A DNA stretch of 63,929 nt, filler included, from Hausera hauseri (Eukaryota): the NCBI GenBank assembly GCA_046269625.1. It is 13 parts of 13 records of this genome, joined end to end, with 100 filler letters (N's around TTAATTAATTAA, not from the genome) between each part and the next. Parts side by side here need not be neighbours in the genome. Positions count along the whole stretch, not along the records: positions 18,610 to 25,082 come from JBJURY010096654.1; positions 25,183 to 29,794 come from JBJURY010504575.1; positions 29,895 to 34,291 come from JBJURY010601333.1; positions 34,392 to 39,357 come from JBJURY010375591.1; 9 more parts are not named here. One strand, written 5' to 3'. Below the pieces are notes generated by a model, which did no database searches, had not been told where the DNA came from, and was given only the letters and a program-made list of their open reading frames with translations. Both the position numbers and the translations under genes were made by a program. Below, in pieces: positions 24,183-36,938 of this stretch (positions are counted from its first letter, which is position 1; each line of letters opens with the position of its first letter).

Positions 24183-26999
24183 CCTTCGTATTTACTTCTC
24201 GAAAAATCTAATTGTAATGCGTATTGATTGTAATTTTAAATATTTTTGCTTCTTCTTCGTACGCCTTCAGATGTCAACATGAATTTTCTGTGTGGTGAGA
24301 TAACTACGTTGGTCTCCAAATACTCTTGGTTATGTCCCTTTGACCATGGAAATGGCTTTACGAGAATCGAGAGTTTGACTAGGGAATTATGGGAAATACA
24401 CGAAAAACTCATGTATTGTCTGAGCTGAAGGCAGCTTACTAGTCACGAGGATATTGATGAGTCTTTTGCTTGCTGTCGGAGAAGCAAGACGTGTTTTGAT
24501 ATCGTCCGGACAAAGAAAGATGGCTTTTGTCCTGTCCGACGAGAAAGTTATTCAAGTTACCCTGCGATAACGGTGTATTGTCGAAGTGTTTCTGATTCTT
24601 TCATCGTCAAAGAAGGAATCGCTTACGATTCTTTGTGCTGGATGCTGGAAGGTTGATTATACTCGCTCCAGTAGCAGAATTCTTCATTCTGTTTCTAAAG
24701 CCCAAGTCAAGCACTTCAGGGTTCTACAAAGTGTTGATTTCGGGGCACTTGCCATGCCTTGTTGATAAATAAGGTGAAGTCTGATCCGTGCTAGACCATC
24801 TACGCATTCCTGCCTGTTGGTTTGATTCACCTGTCACCTGTTCTGTGTGGCTGGAGAAGAAGTTCTAATCTGCATGTATTGTCCTATCATGCCACCCACT
24901 GAGCATGAGCAGAATTATTGGCTCGTGGCATGATTAAAGTATGTTGTGGTGTAGTGTAGTGTTTAAATAGGATAGTTTATTCGATAACGTCTCTGATGAC
25001 AGAAACATGTGAGTAACAATTGTTTAATTTACATTTGTCAATTGATGGTCTATAACTCTTTATTACCTGCCTGTCTAATGAANNNNNNNNNNNNNNNNNN
25101 NNNNNNNNNNNNNNNNNNNNNNNNNNTTAATTAATTAANNNNNNNNNNNNNNNNNNNNNNNNNNNNNNNNNNNNNNNNNNNNGTTTCGTCCAAATTCGCG
25201 GTAGAGTCCGACGTATTTAAACAAAATTTTTTGTTACAGCAATTTGCGACTAATGCGGATACCACACTGCTATAAACATTTCGGAAAGTCATGAAAATTT
25301 GAAAAAAGGAGAGACTATACTATATGTACAGAGTTATAGAAAGGCATATATTGGAATAAATGTATGTTTATATCTTAGTTTAAGGTATATTTTGTTAGAC
25401 ATTTTATGAAAAAAATATTTTCCTCCAATCGATTGTGGTGTTGATATGTTAGTGATGCATTCAACTTATGAAACACGTATATTTCCTTGATCCAATTTCA
25501 AATGTAAACCATTACATACTGGTGTGTGTGTGTGTGTGCTTCTCATAGAATAATATGCATCCACAATTAAGTAAAACACGTACTACGTTTTTGTGGTCTG
25601 GCATAGAATCCGTGACATGTTTATTGTATCTCCATTCTTCAGATTTGTATCCTCAGCACTTTCAGATTTAAAATGCGAAATCCTGATGACATTATCTATG
25701 TACAAGAATATTTTCCCGATTGGAAATAGGTCACTACAATGAGATTCCTTGTAAGATGAACCAAATTTTAATCCCGTGAGTTTGAAGGCCATTCGTTTTA
25801 GGTGAACAAAATTTAACAATGCCCCTTGGCTGCAAACCGTCTTTAAAGAACATTGGAACGGTCCAATCACTTCAATTTCATTTGAGCGATAGGTAAGCAC
25901 CAATAGCCAATTTTTCAGCTTTGATTCTGGTTTTCTCAGGATTTAGTAAACGGATGGAACTGAAATTCAAGTTGCACGGACCAGTTATCCGGTTGAGTTC
26001 TTTCGAGTTTTTCGATTGCGTCTGAAACGTTGCAAAAGCGTTTACTTATACGTGGATATCCCTTTCCGACTTGGTTGTTGTTGTTTCCAGTTTCTCTGTA
26101 ACGTTTGATGCCTTTTGAAATAACAGAATGAGACTCTGAAAATATTAGCTATCTTGTTAACACAGGGGTTGTATACCAACCTTTGAGAGGTGTCAACATA
26201 TAAAAATCGATTTTTGGGGCAAGCTTAGGAATAGTTTGCTAAATTGCACTCCTTAACATTTATTGTTTGATCTTATAAATACATCAACAGTCAGTGATAT
26301 TCTTCCAATTTCTCTTAAAGAGTATCTTCATATGAATTTTCTATAACTATTGTGAATTTTCTCGACGTCATTTCAGTCTCATCCTGATTCATGAGTTCTT
26401 AGTAATTCTTCGATATCTATCATTGAATTTCAAGAGTAAAGGATGATCATTTAATTCCAAGGGCAAACGTGGATCCTATATCCCATTTGAATAGCATAGA
26501 ATTGAATCGCAAAAGTATACTTCTTGGCCCTCTTTATCTTCTCGATTTCCAACTCGATACTATCCATAAATATCCTTGTTGGCAATACTTATAAGTGTTC
26601 CTCATTCTCATATGTACTAATGACATATGTCTGAGCATAGGGGTTCATTTTCGATAATGACTTGGGTCGGTCCTCGTTGCTCTAATTCACTCTTACCCAA
26701 TCATGGATCGGTATGCACGAGGTACAGATGTTCGTTATTGTACAGGTAGGTTTCTTCCAGTAATTAGTCAACAATTATGGGCAAGAACGACTCTATAGAC
26801 CATACAAACCGACCAAAGACGAGGCAACTCACGTAAAGGTATATGAATATTACTTTTGTGAAAAACTAAATCTCTATTCCTCTGCTGCAAAACACAATTA
26901 TAACCCATAATTAAACGATATTATCTAATTTTCTAAAACTCAAATTTATTGTAGAGAACAACAGCAATATCAACATTGGTTTATTTCTTGTTTAGAAAT

Positions 27000-28300
27000 T
27001 GAGTGACGATATAAAAGGGTCTCGGGTGTATACAATAAAGGAATAGTTCAAGTTTCTAAATCAACATTAGTCCATAAATAATATTCAATATTAAAATTGG
27101 GGTCTGTTGAGATTTTTATTTTTTCGTTTTCATTAATACTTACTATTATCTTTCCATACATTAATCGTCTTGTTCTATTTGTATTTTCAAATAATAACCA
27201 ATTTGCCATAACAATAATTCTCGTATCCTCAATTATTTCTCTTTCCAGACCGTATCAATCCTCATAGAACTTGGTTCATCAGGTTACTAACGCACTTCAT
27301 TTATCTCACCCATATATCCTTTAAAAACTCCCGACTTCATATTTTGCTTCGTCTTATAACTCTATCCATATTCCATTAAAACTTTAGTCCACAATGACAT
27401 CATATAACTTACAATGTAACAATTAGTGGAATCTTATGATTGATGTATGCATCACAACCCTTTGGCAATCACGTAAAATAATAATTCTAATCATAACAAC
27501 TACTCAGCAACGTAAACAGGTTATTAGTATTAATATTAGTATATTCTACATTAGGTTCTATACTCCTTTTTATTTATTAAAATTTTCTCTATCTGATAAC
27601 TGTTTAATGACAACATCATAAAAATGGAAGAGTGGTCAAGAAGAACAATGACAATACCCTCAATTATAATTTTCAGCTTAGCTATTAATAGAATCCCATA
27701 ATGAATGTATACATCATAATTCCTTAATGATCAAATTTAAATACCAATTCCCAATCATGACAACCATTCACCATATATTCAACGATATAGGCAAAATTTT
27801 TGATAATAATATTTTAATGAGTAAAATATATCCCGTATCAGACTAACGTTTTCTTTATTAAGAGTATTCCCGTCCATGACATTAATCATCGAAATATTTG
27901 TACACTATTTCTTACCATCCATGAATATACTATAATTTTGCGTCTTCCATATCAGAAAATTTTTTATCTAATAACTATTTTTATATCTCTGCACATACCG
28001 GGAGAGTATGTATTCCAATGAACATGTTTCTAAACTTCATTGGCATTACCAGAATTCTACGGAATTTTGTTTACATAAGAACCGTAATAACCCTATCTAA
28101 ATAAATTTAAATATTATGGAACAATATTTCATGACAAACTATTATTATAATCCTTTTAAAAAATGTACATTAATTCGTAATCAAACACTACAAATTTAAC
28201 TTTATAATTAATTATTTTACGTCAATCCCACCATTGCAAGTCTTTCCGGTACATTTCCTTTACATGCTCTGATCGGACCGTAACTCTCTTTCACCTTAGG
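27000..28300 (-). pseudogene. Very degraded Gypsy-like RT/RH/IN remnant
   Basis: Scattered motifs RILVMPMKFRN and KYFDD in the expected order; many stops. Confidence 0.3.
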
Positions 28301-29497
28301 TTCTGGCCCTCTTCTCCCCAACACTATTCATATCTCGTGCGGATTGGAATCTGGTGTTGCGTTGGGAATCTCACATCACAATAGGTGATGAGTAGCTTCA
28401 TGCTTCGAGAGCAGGCATAATGAATCTTGTGTCGCAATGAATAGTGATGAATTTATGTTCTGGGAGCAGGTGTTGATAACTCCGTGTTACAACTGACATC
28501 GACGGATTTCTGTTCGCATTATCAAACTAACGTGCATCTGTGAATCCTACATCTGGCATCAACAAACTCGCCTTTGATGTACACAGTTTTTTACCTCATA
28601 AAACTCATTAAATATTATTTATTTATCGTAAACTTTTATTTACAAAAATACATTTGTATAAACTTCACAATTAATTCAAATGACAATTATGGGACAATTA
28701 AATATTTACCGATTGCGTTTTGTTGATCATTTGTATCTTCCACTCGTCTCCCAGCCATGTTAATTTTATCAAGGATTATATTTGTAAGAACGCAGTGATT
28801 AATAATCTGTGATGATCGTCTTTCTCGATGATATTCTTCTTCTTCTGTGATAGTGTCAAATTGTAAATGTTCCAATTGTCTATTCAAACACTCTGTAAAT
28901 AAGTATGAACTAAATTTATACTTAACCTGTTATGGTTATAGGGAATTCTGCAGAATTCTCGAAGACAAAATTTTGTAGCAAGTAAAAGTTGTAAAAAATG
29001 TTGTTCTGTTTCAAATTGTTATTCCTTTTATATGTTATTTTTGATTCTGGAATATGATTTCTAAAATTTGCTTTCCTGTTTGTTTCCTGTATTTTAAATT
29101 CCTAAATGGATTTTTTGAAATCAAATTTTGATTTTCGTTCGCATCACTACATGTTTTCAGAAAATTGCTTTCCTGTTCTTATCCTGTTTTCTAGAATTGA
29201 TTTCAGAATTTGTCAGACACTAATTTCTCGACAGACATTAATTTCCTATCTCTATAATGCTTCATGGAATCACATATCCGTTTTTACCATTACGCTAATG
29301 CTTCGCAAGACCACGTATCCGTTTCAACCAATCTCCGGATGTTTCTGTCTACCTAGTCTCTATTATTTCACAAAAATGTATGTGTCATGAGTGACTGTTT
29401 TAATTAGAATGGTTTTTGTTTAATTAAGATATTTAAAAATATTCAATCATCCCATATTGTCGGCTGTTCATGGTTACAATTTATGTACATGCAGCAG

Positions 29498-29716
29498 TGA
29501 AGGAATAGATACCCATCAAGGGGTTTTAACATAAACTAAGAATCAAGAATTAAGAATTATTTATTAGTTATAAAATTCACACAAGTGTCAACAAGTGTTA
29601 AAGTGGTTTTCAAATTGTTTTTCTGATCATGCGAGGAGTCGGTCGAATCGGTTTCAAGCCTCGGTTCGAATCGGTTTCAAGCCTCGGTTTCAAGCCTCAA
29701 CATTTCTCCCCCTTTT
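29498..29716 (-). mobile_element. LTR retrotransposon 3' end: PPT plus ~205-bp LTR
   Basis: Minus strand AAAAGGGGGAGAAA followed by TGT at 29702; AATAAA inside; probable ...CTTCA end at 29498; internal TCGGTTTCAAGCC x3. Confidence 0.6.
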
Positions 29717-29921
29717 GAAAAGGATTCGGTCCTCCGGATCACTCTGGGTACTGACATCGACGAAACTGAGGTTTCTGGGTTTAATCGTCAAAGTNNNNNN
29801 NNNNNNNNNNNNNNNNNNNNNNNNNNNNNNNNNNNNNNTTAATTAATTAANNNNNNNNNNNNNNNNNNNNNNNNNNNNNNNNNNNNNNNNNNNNTTTACA
29901 CATGAATGATGACATGTTATG

Positions 29922-30153
29922 AGTCAAATATTAGATGGATATTTATTAGGTCGACAAAACATCAACAAAACGCGATTAGTCAAATATTAGACGGATATTT
30001 ATTAGGTCGACAAAACATCAACAAAACGCATTTAGTCAAATATTAGATGGATATTTATTAGGTCGACAAAACATCAAGAAGACACAATTAATCAAATATT
30101 AGATGGATATTTATTAGGTCGACAAAACATCAAGAAGACACAATTAGTCAAAT
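29922..30153. repeat. 56-bp tandem repeat, ~4.1 copies
   Basis: AGTCAAATATTAGATGGATATTTATTAGGTCGACAAAACATCAA... at 29922, 29978, 30034 and 30090; partial copy at 30146. Confidence 0.95.
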
Positions 30154-30326
30154 AATAATGGCCGGAAAAATGGCAATTTTTTAAGGGGGAAAATTAAAGT
30201 AGGAAATGACGTAACATTTAAAGTCCATATTGAATAAATTTCAACCAGCAGTAGCGTGATGTTCCTTGTGAGACACTTATGGAACAATCACGAGAAACCT
30301 ATAAAATATACAACACGAATATTCAC

Positions 30327-30518
30327 CTCGCAGTCCCAACCATCAAAGAGACATTCTTCAGTATTACACTCAGGATCACATCGACCATTCATGAACCAAT
30401 GATGACAAGTTATATTTTTAGTCTGAATTATACTGCAGTTACTCCACGGTGAAGCCAATTTAACATTTCCACCGCCAACACTTTTCGGAACACGGTGTAG
30501 ACATTCGCCACCATCAAA
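30327..30518 (-). CDS. Notch-family LNR (Lin-12/Notch repeat) exon
   Basis: FDGGEC...PWSNC...CHHWFMNGRCDPECNTEECLFDGWDCE, followed by the donor GTGAAT. No canonical AG acceptor immediately upstream, so it may be a pseudo-exon. Confidence 0.75.
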
Positions 30519-33467
30519 TGTAAAGAGAAAGAACAATATTTCATAATGTATCTAGTCACGAGTAATTTAAACTCCAACAAAACTCAATACATGATAATTA
30601 ATGGTTCATTAAAGATAATCCATTGAAAAACCAGATTATCAATTCAAATCTCACGTCGTCGTTTTATTTATTTACCTAGGACTTATTTATTTAATATTTG
30701 TTTGTTTTAAAGTTTTACTGATCGAACTAATTTTATAAAATATGTACACCGAATCAGTTCTCGATACCTGACAATGACGTTATAAAAACAGCATTCTATG
30801 TGAATGCACTAAAATGTTCCAAATACAGGACATCAGTTATATTAAATAATAATCACCTATGTTCAAATTTCATTTCTACGAAAATGAACAGCGGTGAAGT
30901 ATGTATTTGATTTATTATTATTTCATCAGTTTGAATTCGGTTTTTTGACAAAATGTACCTTTCGTATTTTATTGAATTCCATAATTTATTCATCGACACA
31001 ATGAAACTCCATTCCTAGTAGAATAATAATATTGAAAGAAACAGAAATTTTATTATCTCGCAATGTAGAAAATATCTGCAATGGAATTGGAAATTTTAAT
31101 ATTCTAATGTGACTAAGATGTTCAATTTTCATTATGGCAAATAAATTCTCTCTTTACCAGACACAGACAAATTTTGTAAACTACGTTCTTTTAATTAGTC
31201 CATTTAACTGGAAGATATCCTTTGTCCGTGTATAACTTCAACTTGTCGTTGAAATTTTGAATCTTTATTGTCTGTTTAGGCTTCTCTTTTCTGTCTCATA
31301 CGTCTATTAATAACTCTATTTTTTGCAAATCATTAAATTGAAAATTTCGGATTTTTTTCTCCTAAGTCAATTGCTGTCTGAATGAAGCAAAAATGTCAGT
31401 AAAAATCCGTTTAAACTGGATTTAATCTGTCTTTCCTCTTGGGTATTCAGGAAATGAATATATTTTCCATTTTGTTGCATTTTTATCGTCGGGAAAAATT
31501 TTAATTGTATCACTTGAATTTATGTACAAGTATGTTGGGATGCGAAAGTTGGGTTAAAAAGTACCTTTAATTATCAGCATCATGATCACAGGTAGCGATA
31601 TGATTTGGACTAATATTTTTTTAGATGAGAAATCAATGATTTATATATATATATTACGTGAAAAATGGCTTGTTATAAAAATCAATATTCTATATTAATT
31701 TCGGCCCATTATTTGCCATCTTCAGTCAAATGAATTTAAAAATGAGAAAACGGTTATTTAAATCAAAATTTTTTGCACGTTTACAAGGATTATGCAAACA
31801 CGAATTATTTTATTTTTTTTATTTTTTTATGTATTTGATTTATTATTACTATTATTTTTATTTTTATTTCAAATAATGTCAGTTGAGCAATTTACAACAT
31901 TATGAATAGGTTCCGTTTCCAAAATGCTGCATTTTGATACCTCAATAGTAATTGTAGTCATTAATCAACTGCTTTATTATTCAGTAATATGCGATTTGTT
32001 TTATATATATATTAGTCTAATTGTTGTGATGACTAAACATATTTGAGGATTCAATATTTTATTTTGATAATACTTTGTAAATAAGCAGAATTTGAAAATA
32101 AACGGAATGACATACAGTTGACAAATCAATCAAATATTGACAATTCAAATATTCAAAGCATTCTGATTCAAATTGTTATTGTCTGAGATTCAATCAACTT
32201 TTATTGTACTGAAATTTGACTATACTTGTTTAAGCGTAACCGTATTTACTTGGAGTTGGTATTTATAATCAATTTTCTGTGTTCTCACATCACTTGTCAT
32301 TTCCACATCATTTATTTCATTATTACGTTTTAAAAGGTTACCATAAAAACCCAATGAATGACAATCATGAAAAGATAAAAAAGTATTAAAGCTAATGGTT
32401 CACAAATTCAAAGAAACTGTAGAGGATGTCAGATATACCCAATGCAGGCCAAAAAGGAAGAATGTCAATTACACAATAGAAATTGAATTTGTGGATAATT
32501 GTATACAAAAACAGCTCTTCCTATTATTAATTCTAGGCGAAATTCCTCAGAAAAAGTTTGATAAATAATGAAAATATAGCAATTGAAAAATCATTTCTGT
32601 ATTTATCTCAGTTCTGTACACTTGTACACCACAATTATCGTCAATTTTCAACTGACAAAAATGTTCGATTTCGTGAGTAATATACCTATCAAACAGCTAT
32701 CAAATACTTATTGTCAATTACAAATTACGTTGAAAAATTATATCCAACCACGCAGTGTCATGTTCCTTCCAGTTTATGATCCAATGTTCTTAATTTTCTT
32801 GGCTTGAATTCTAATATCCGGAACATTATTGATTATGCGTGTAACAATTCCATGGATAAAATGTGTCTCCCTTTCATCACACTTGCTAAAATCCACGTAG
32901 ACTAAGTGCATTTTAGTGTTTATCAGTGTTGCTACTTTCTTCTGGTTGTGCTCGCTCGTTCATTTAATAGACGATAAATACATTGAGTGTAGACACTACA
33001 CTTGTTGTAAGTTCATTGTTTATTTTGATCAGTATTCACACAACGGTCATATGTTCTAGTTTATATTTCGACCAATTGTGATAATCGAATTGGTAATTAA
33101 TTCTGTTGATTTCAACAATTTTTGAATTGTAATTTCACTTGTTAATTAAAGTGAAATCATTTTTGAATTCGGCCATTGCATTCTTTTGGATTCGTTTTCA
33201 ACAAAATTTCCTTATTTGTTCCCTCTCCTACATCACTCTCCACATTACTGTGATCGTCAAACCTACCTTCAAGTACGGTTTGAAGGAATTTAACCTTTGT
33301 CACTCAGTTTGAATTTGAAATGGAATGTGAATTTTCCATTTGTAAAAATTTGAGTGTATTGTATTACTCAGAAATAGAGAGTAGTATTTCACAAGTATTT
33401 TTTTACTATTCGACAATTTCTAATTTGATCGTCACATTTGTCCACAATTTCGTAAAGAAACAAAAAT

Positions 33468-33896
33468 ATGCGACTATTTCTTAAGGTAAACATGAACTAA
33501 CAAATATTTTCTTGACATAGCCGTGCAGAACGTATCGTATAAATACAATCGACCTGATGATTTTCAGAAAAATCATTGAAGTTGAAAATCATAAAATGCA
33601 TACAGTCACAGTTGAAGTCAGTAAATGCGATGAGCCGGAAACGCATCTAATTCAGCGGATTGTGGTGCATGTTTTTAATGAAAAGTCGAGCTGAGAAAAT
33701 AAAGAATTCATTGGATCAAAAACTGAAAGGAAGTTGGCACTGCTCTGTTGGGAATTAATATTCGACGTAATTTCGAATTAAGTCATATATTTTACGGTTC
33801 TCCTTCAATAGGTATGTCGATCATGAGGCCACGTATTTTTGTAGGTTGAAAGTCGATAATAACTGTGTGGTTCAGGTGTTTCGTTTCACCAAATAA
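33468..33896 (+). pseudogene. Dynein light chain (LC8)-like domain gene with two short introns, a frameshift and an internal stop
   Basis: Introns 33486-33520 (35 nt) and 33767-33811 (45 nt). Spliced: RAEKIKNSLDQKLKGSWHCSVGN*YST|YVDHEATYFCRLKVDNNCVVQVFRFTK*, compared with LC8 WHCIVGRNFGSYVTHE. Confidence 0.7.
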
Positions 33897-35134
33897 TCAA
33901 AGGACTAATTTTATACATTTATTTCATTATATGAATATTATATTAATAAACTTTTTGCTTTTTATATTCAATATCACTATTTTTCAGAACTATTCGATCT
34001 CAGTAAATTGTTAATAATTTATTGATTTGTTCATTACTTTATGAACCATTAGCCAGGGAGTCCAGCTTTTAGTACATATACTTATTAAATGACTCAAGAA
34101 ATCGAATTTTACCGTAAATCTGAATTTTTGTAACAAATATTCAGAGAGATGCAAAGTATAATGCTGATTAATAAAAACAAATCCTTCTTTCATTACTCTT
34201 TTCAACCAACGTTTATCAATTTCCGGTACAAAAAGTCATAATCCTAATATATGTAAAATTTATTAACATGAATAATAATAACGGAAATACANNNNNNNNN
34301 NNNNNNNNNNNNNNNNNNNNNNNNNNNNNNNNNNNTTAATTAATTAANNNNNNNNNNNNNNNNNNNNNNNNNNNNNNNNNNNNNNNNNNNNGAACGTTGA
34401 TAATGGTTTTCTTGATAAGTCCAAATTCTTTTTGGAAGTAACCAACTCTGAAATTTCTATTTTAATTGTAATATATTGTTAATAAAATTAATAAATATTT
34501 TGTAGGGGTCGAATGAATCTACTTTTATGAATCATCATAACATTTTGTATTTGTATCACTGATTTTCATAAAAAGCCTTATTAGAAATAAAATCCCATCC
34601 CTGACAAAGTTTCGATGATTATTGAATGTATCGCATGATGTAGCTGACAAAACGTTTTATTTTAAGACATAATGTATGTACTTTTCTCTTGTAGGGTTCT
34701 GAAATTGTGGATCCAGAACCAGCTAAGGTAAACAGTTTTGTTTCTGCCTCGTTTCATTCCCATTGGAATTTAGTGACAAAATGTTACATCATGGGTTCAA
34801 TGGGGTGAACACCATATACTTTTGTTTTTAAATAAATGAATAAACTTTAAGACTCAATTTAAAGTGGTTGAAACATACCTCTAATGGTGTCACCCGTTTG
34901 CTGTCAAGACTTTTATTGGTGCCGAACACGCTATAAGGCTATTGTTTCCCGACCTACATTTTTTGAAGTTTAATTGAAACTAAATTCAACAATATTGTTG
35001 TGTCACATGAATTTGATCTAGCATCCTAGTGTTAGAGTTTATTAATCAACATATTACTCCCTACAGCCGGAAGACCGGATTTCAAATACTCAATACAATC
35101 CCAGAATATGATATAAATACTGACAGTAAATTGG

Positions 35135-36292
35135 TGATAGTAGGTAGAAGTGAGCTCTCCACCACACTTCTCTGATTGGTCCGCCGACCAGTTTTCCCCA
35201 CTTGATTGGCTATTCTGAACATTTCACTAAGATTTTCGCACGACCCCTCCCCCCAGAAAATGAGGTCGAGCAGAGGTTCGGGTCAGGTGATATCGATAGC
35301 GCGTGACAAGGGGAGCAAAAGTTAACAAAGGTGCGGCTTACAGAAATGTAAGCCAGAGGCGTTAGAAGAGGAAGAAGCAAAACAGGAAATGCTCCACGTG
35401 TAACAAGAAACATGTTGCTGGCACTGCGAAAATGTGTACAAGGGGTAAATCGTTATTAGCGATTGAAATGGCACTGTTGCAAGTCGGTCAGACCATGGGA
35501 ACATGGGGAAAAATTGATGCGAAAATTTCAAACGGGTAAAATTTCCCAATGTTCAAGTCTGCCGATTGTGGAAATTGGTCTAATACATTGCCCATAAACT
35601 GAGGAAATTTTCACATTATAGCCGCCTCACTATCAGACCAATGGATCGGGGTGAAAAATGCAATCAAACGAACGAACGAACCAACCAATCAAAAAAGCGC
35701 AATGTTAAAGTCAAAATCATGATAGTAGGTAGAAGTGTCCTCTCCTAATTACTTCCCAAAAAGTGTTCAGATTGAGCTGGAAACCAGTTTTCCTTACCTA
35801 TCTCGCAATTCTGAGCATTTCATGTTTTGTGGTCGGAGGCCCCCAGCCGGAAGCACATGTCACATGTCGCACATGTCACCGGCGGAAATCGGTGGAACTG
35901 CATGAGGCGAGAAAAATTTTCTAGCGCGGCGAGTCGAAAATACTACTGGGCGGCGATAGAAGCAAAAGAAGCAAAACAGGAAATGTTTTATGAGAAACAA
36001 GACACGCGTTACGAATTGCGCAATGTTTGGTGCAAATGTCAAATCAATGTCTGGGAATCGAATGCGCACAATTTCCACGTTGTCTGACCATAGGAACATG
36101 CGGAAAATTGATGGGGAAATTTCAAATTCTAAAAATTTTCCATTGTTCAAGTCTGCTGGTTGTGTAAATGGGCTGAGCACGTAGCCCATCAGTAGTTGAG
36201 TATTTCCTATTGTAGCCGCCTCACGATCAGACCAATGGATCCCGGTGGAATATGCAAGAAAAAACATTGTTAAAAAGTCAAAATCATGATGA
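35135..36292. repeat. Diverged ~585-bp tandem duplication next to the Polinton capsid module
   Basis: Both units start TGATAGTAGGTAGAAGTG (AGTAGG at 35139 and 35724). They share GAAGCAAAACAGGAAATG, TGTTCAAGTCTGC, TAGCCGCCTCAC, ATCAGACCAATGGATC and AAGTCAAAATCATGAT. Confidence 0.85.
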
Positions 36293-36389
36293 TCATCATA
36301 ATCATAATTATCATTGTTGTAATTGATGATTGCGTTCGTTCGTTCGTTCGTTTTGTAAAAAGTCGTGAATTTTATTTTGTACGATGAAC

Positions 36390-36910
36390 TCATAATTGAG
36401 TACTACTACTCCCAAAGAGAATGATTGTGACATCATAATATTTGTCATGATTTGTTCGCTCTTTGGTACACAAAACAACAGTAATAAAATAATACATATT
36501 TCGCAAAAGTGATTGTAATGTTAGCCACAATAAGAAGTAATGTCCACATAGTATAGCCATTGGATGTTGATAATGAACTCGATTATATTCTGAACGGTAT
36601 GATGATGATTGTCGTTCAATTTGAGAAACTAATGATGACGGATAGTAAAATCCGAGCGGATCGAATTTTCAGACGACGTTGGTCGGATGGTGGACGTACA
36701 CAGCAATCCAATGTTCGCATGGCAACGATGAAGTGTGTGTATTGACAATAAAGCCGCCAGTTTGTCGTGAATCATGCGGCACAAAGTCCAGTGGAAACAC
36801 GCCACGAAATTTCACGCCCAAGAGCAGTTTTCCTTAGTGACTGAGCTCGGTGGAGCTAAATTTGAAAAATGTGATTTAAGTATAATAGTAATAGCAATAA
36901 ATAACTTTAT
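36390..36910 (-). pseudogene. Polinton adenain-like cysteine protease (PRO) with a predicted 50-nt intron at 36856-36905
   Basis: FRGVFPLDFVP...FIVNTHTSSLPCEHWIAVYV...FDPLG...YQHPMAILCGHY carries the His/Asp/Gln/Cys catalytic residues. Start is mutated to ATA; two internal stops. Confidence 0.9.
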
Positions 36911-36938
36911 AGTACGACGGTGAGAAAGCGGATTTTAT

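Noticed and set aside
28687-28887. IINHCVLTNI as a Harbinger transposase C-terminus
   Set aside because: Weak similarity; catalytic motifs not visible.
29922-30153. CRISPR-like appearance of the 56-, 40- and 105-bp arrays
   Set aside because: The units are contiguous with no unique spacers, the context is eukaryotic and there are no cas genes.
33756-33758. Stop-codon reassignment as an explanation for the many internal stops
   Set aside because: Stops of all three types occur at Trp/Arg-like positions alongside frameshifts, and TAA terminates the DLC-like and MCP genes where expected. This is ordinary decay.
36400-36410. TACTACTACT as a Polinton terminus
   Set aside because: It has the wrong orientation for the capsid-bearing element and falls inside the protease frame (Ser-Ser-Ser codons).
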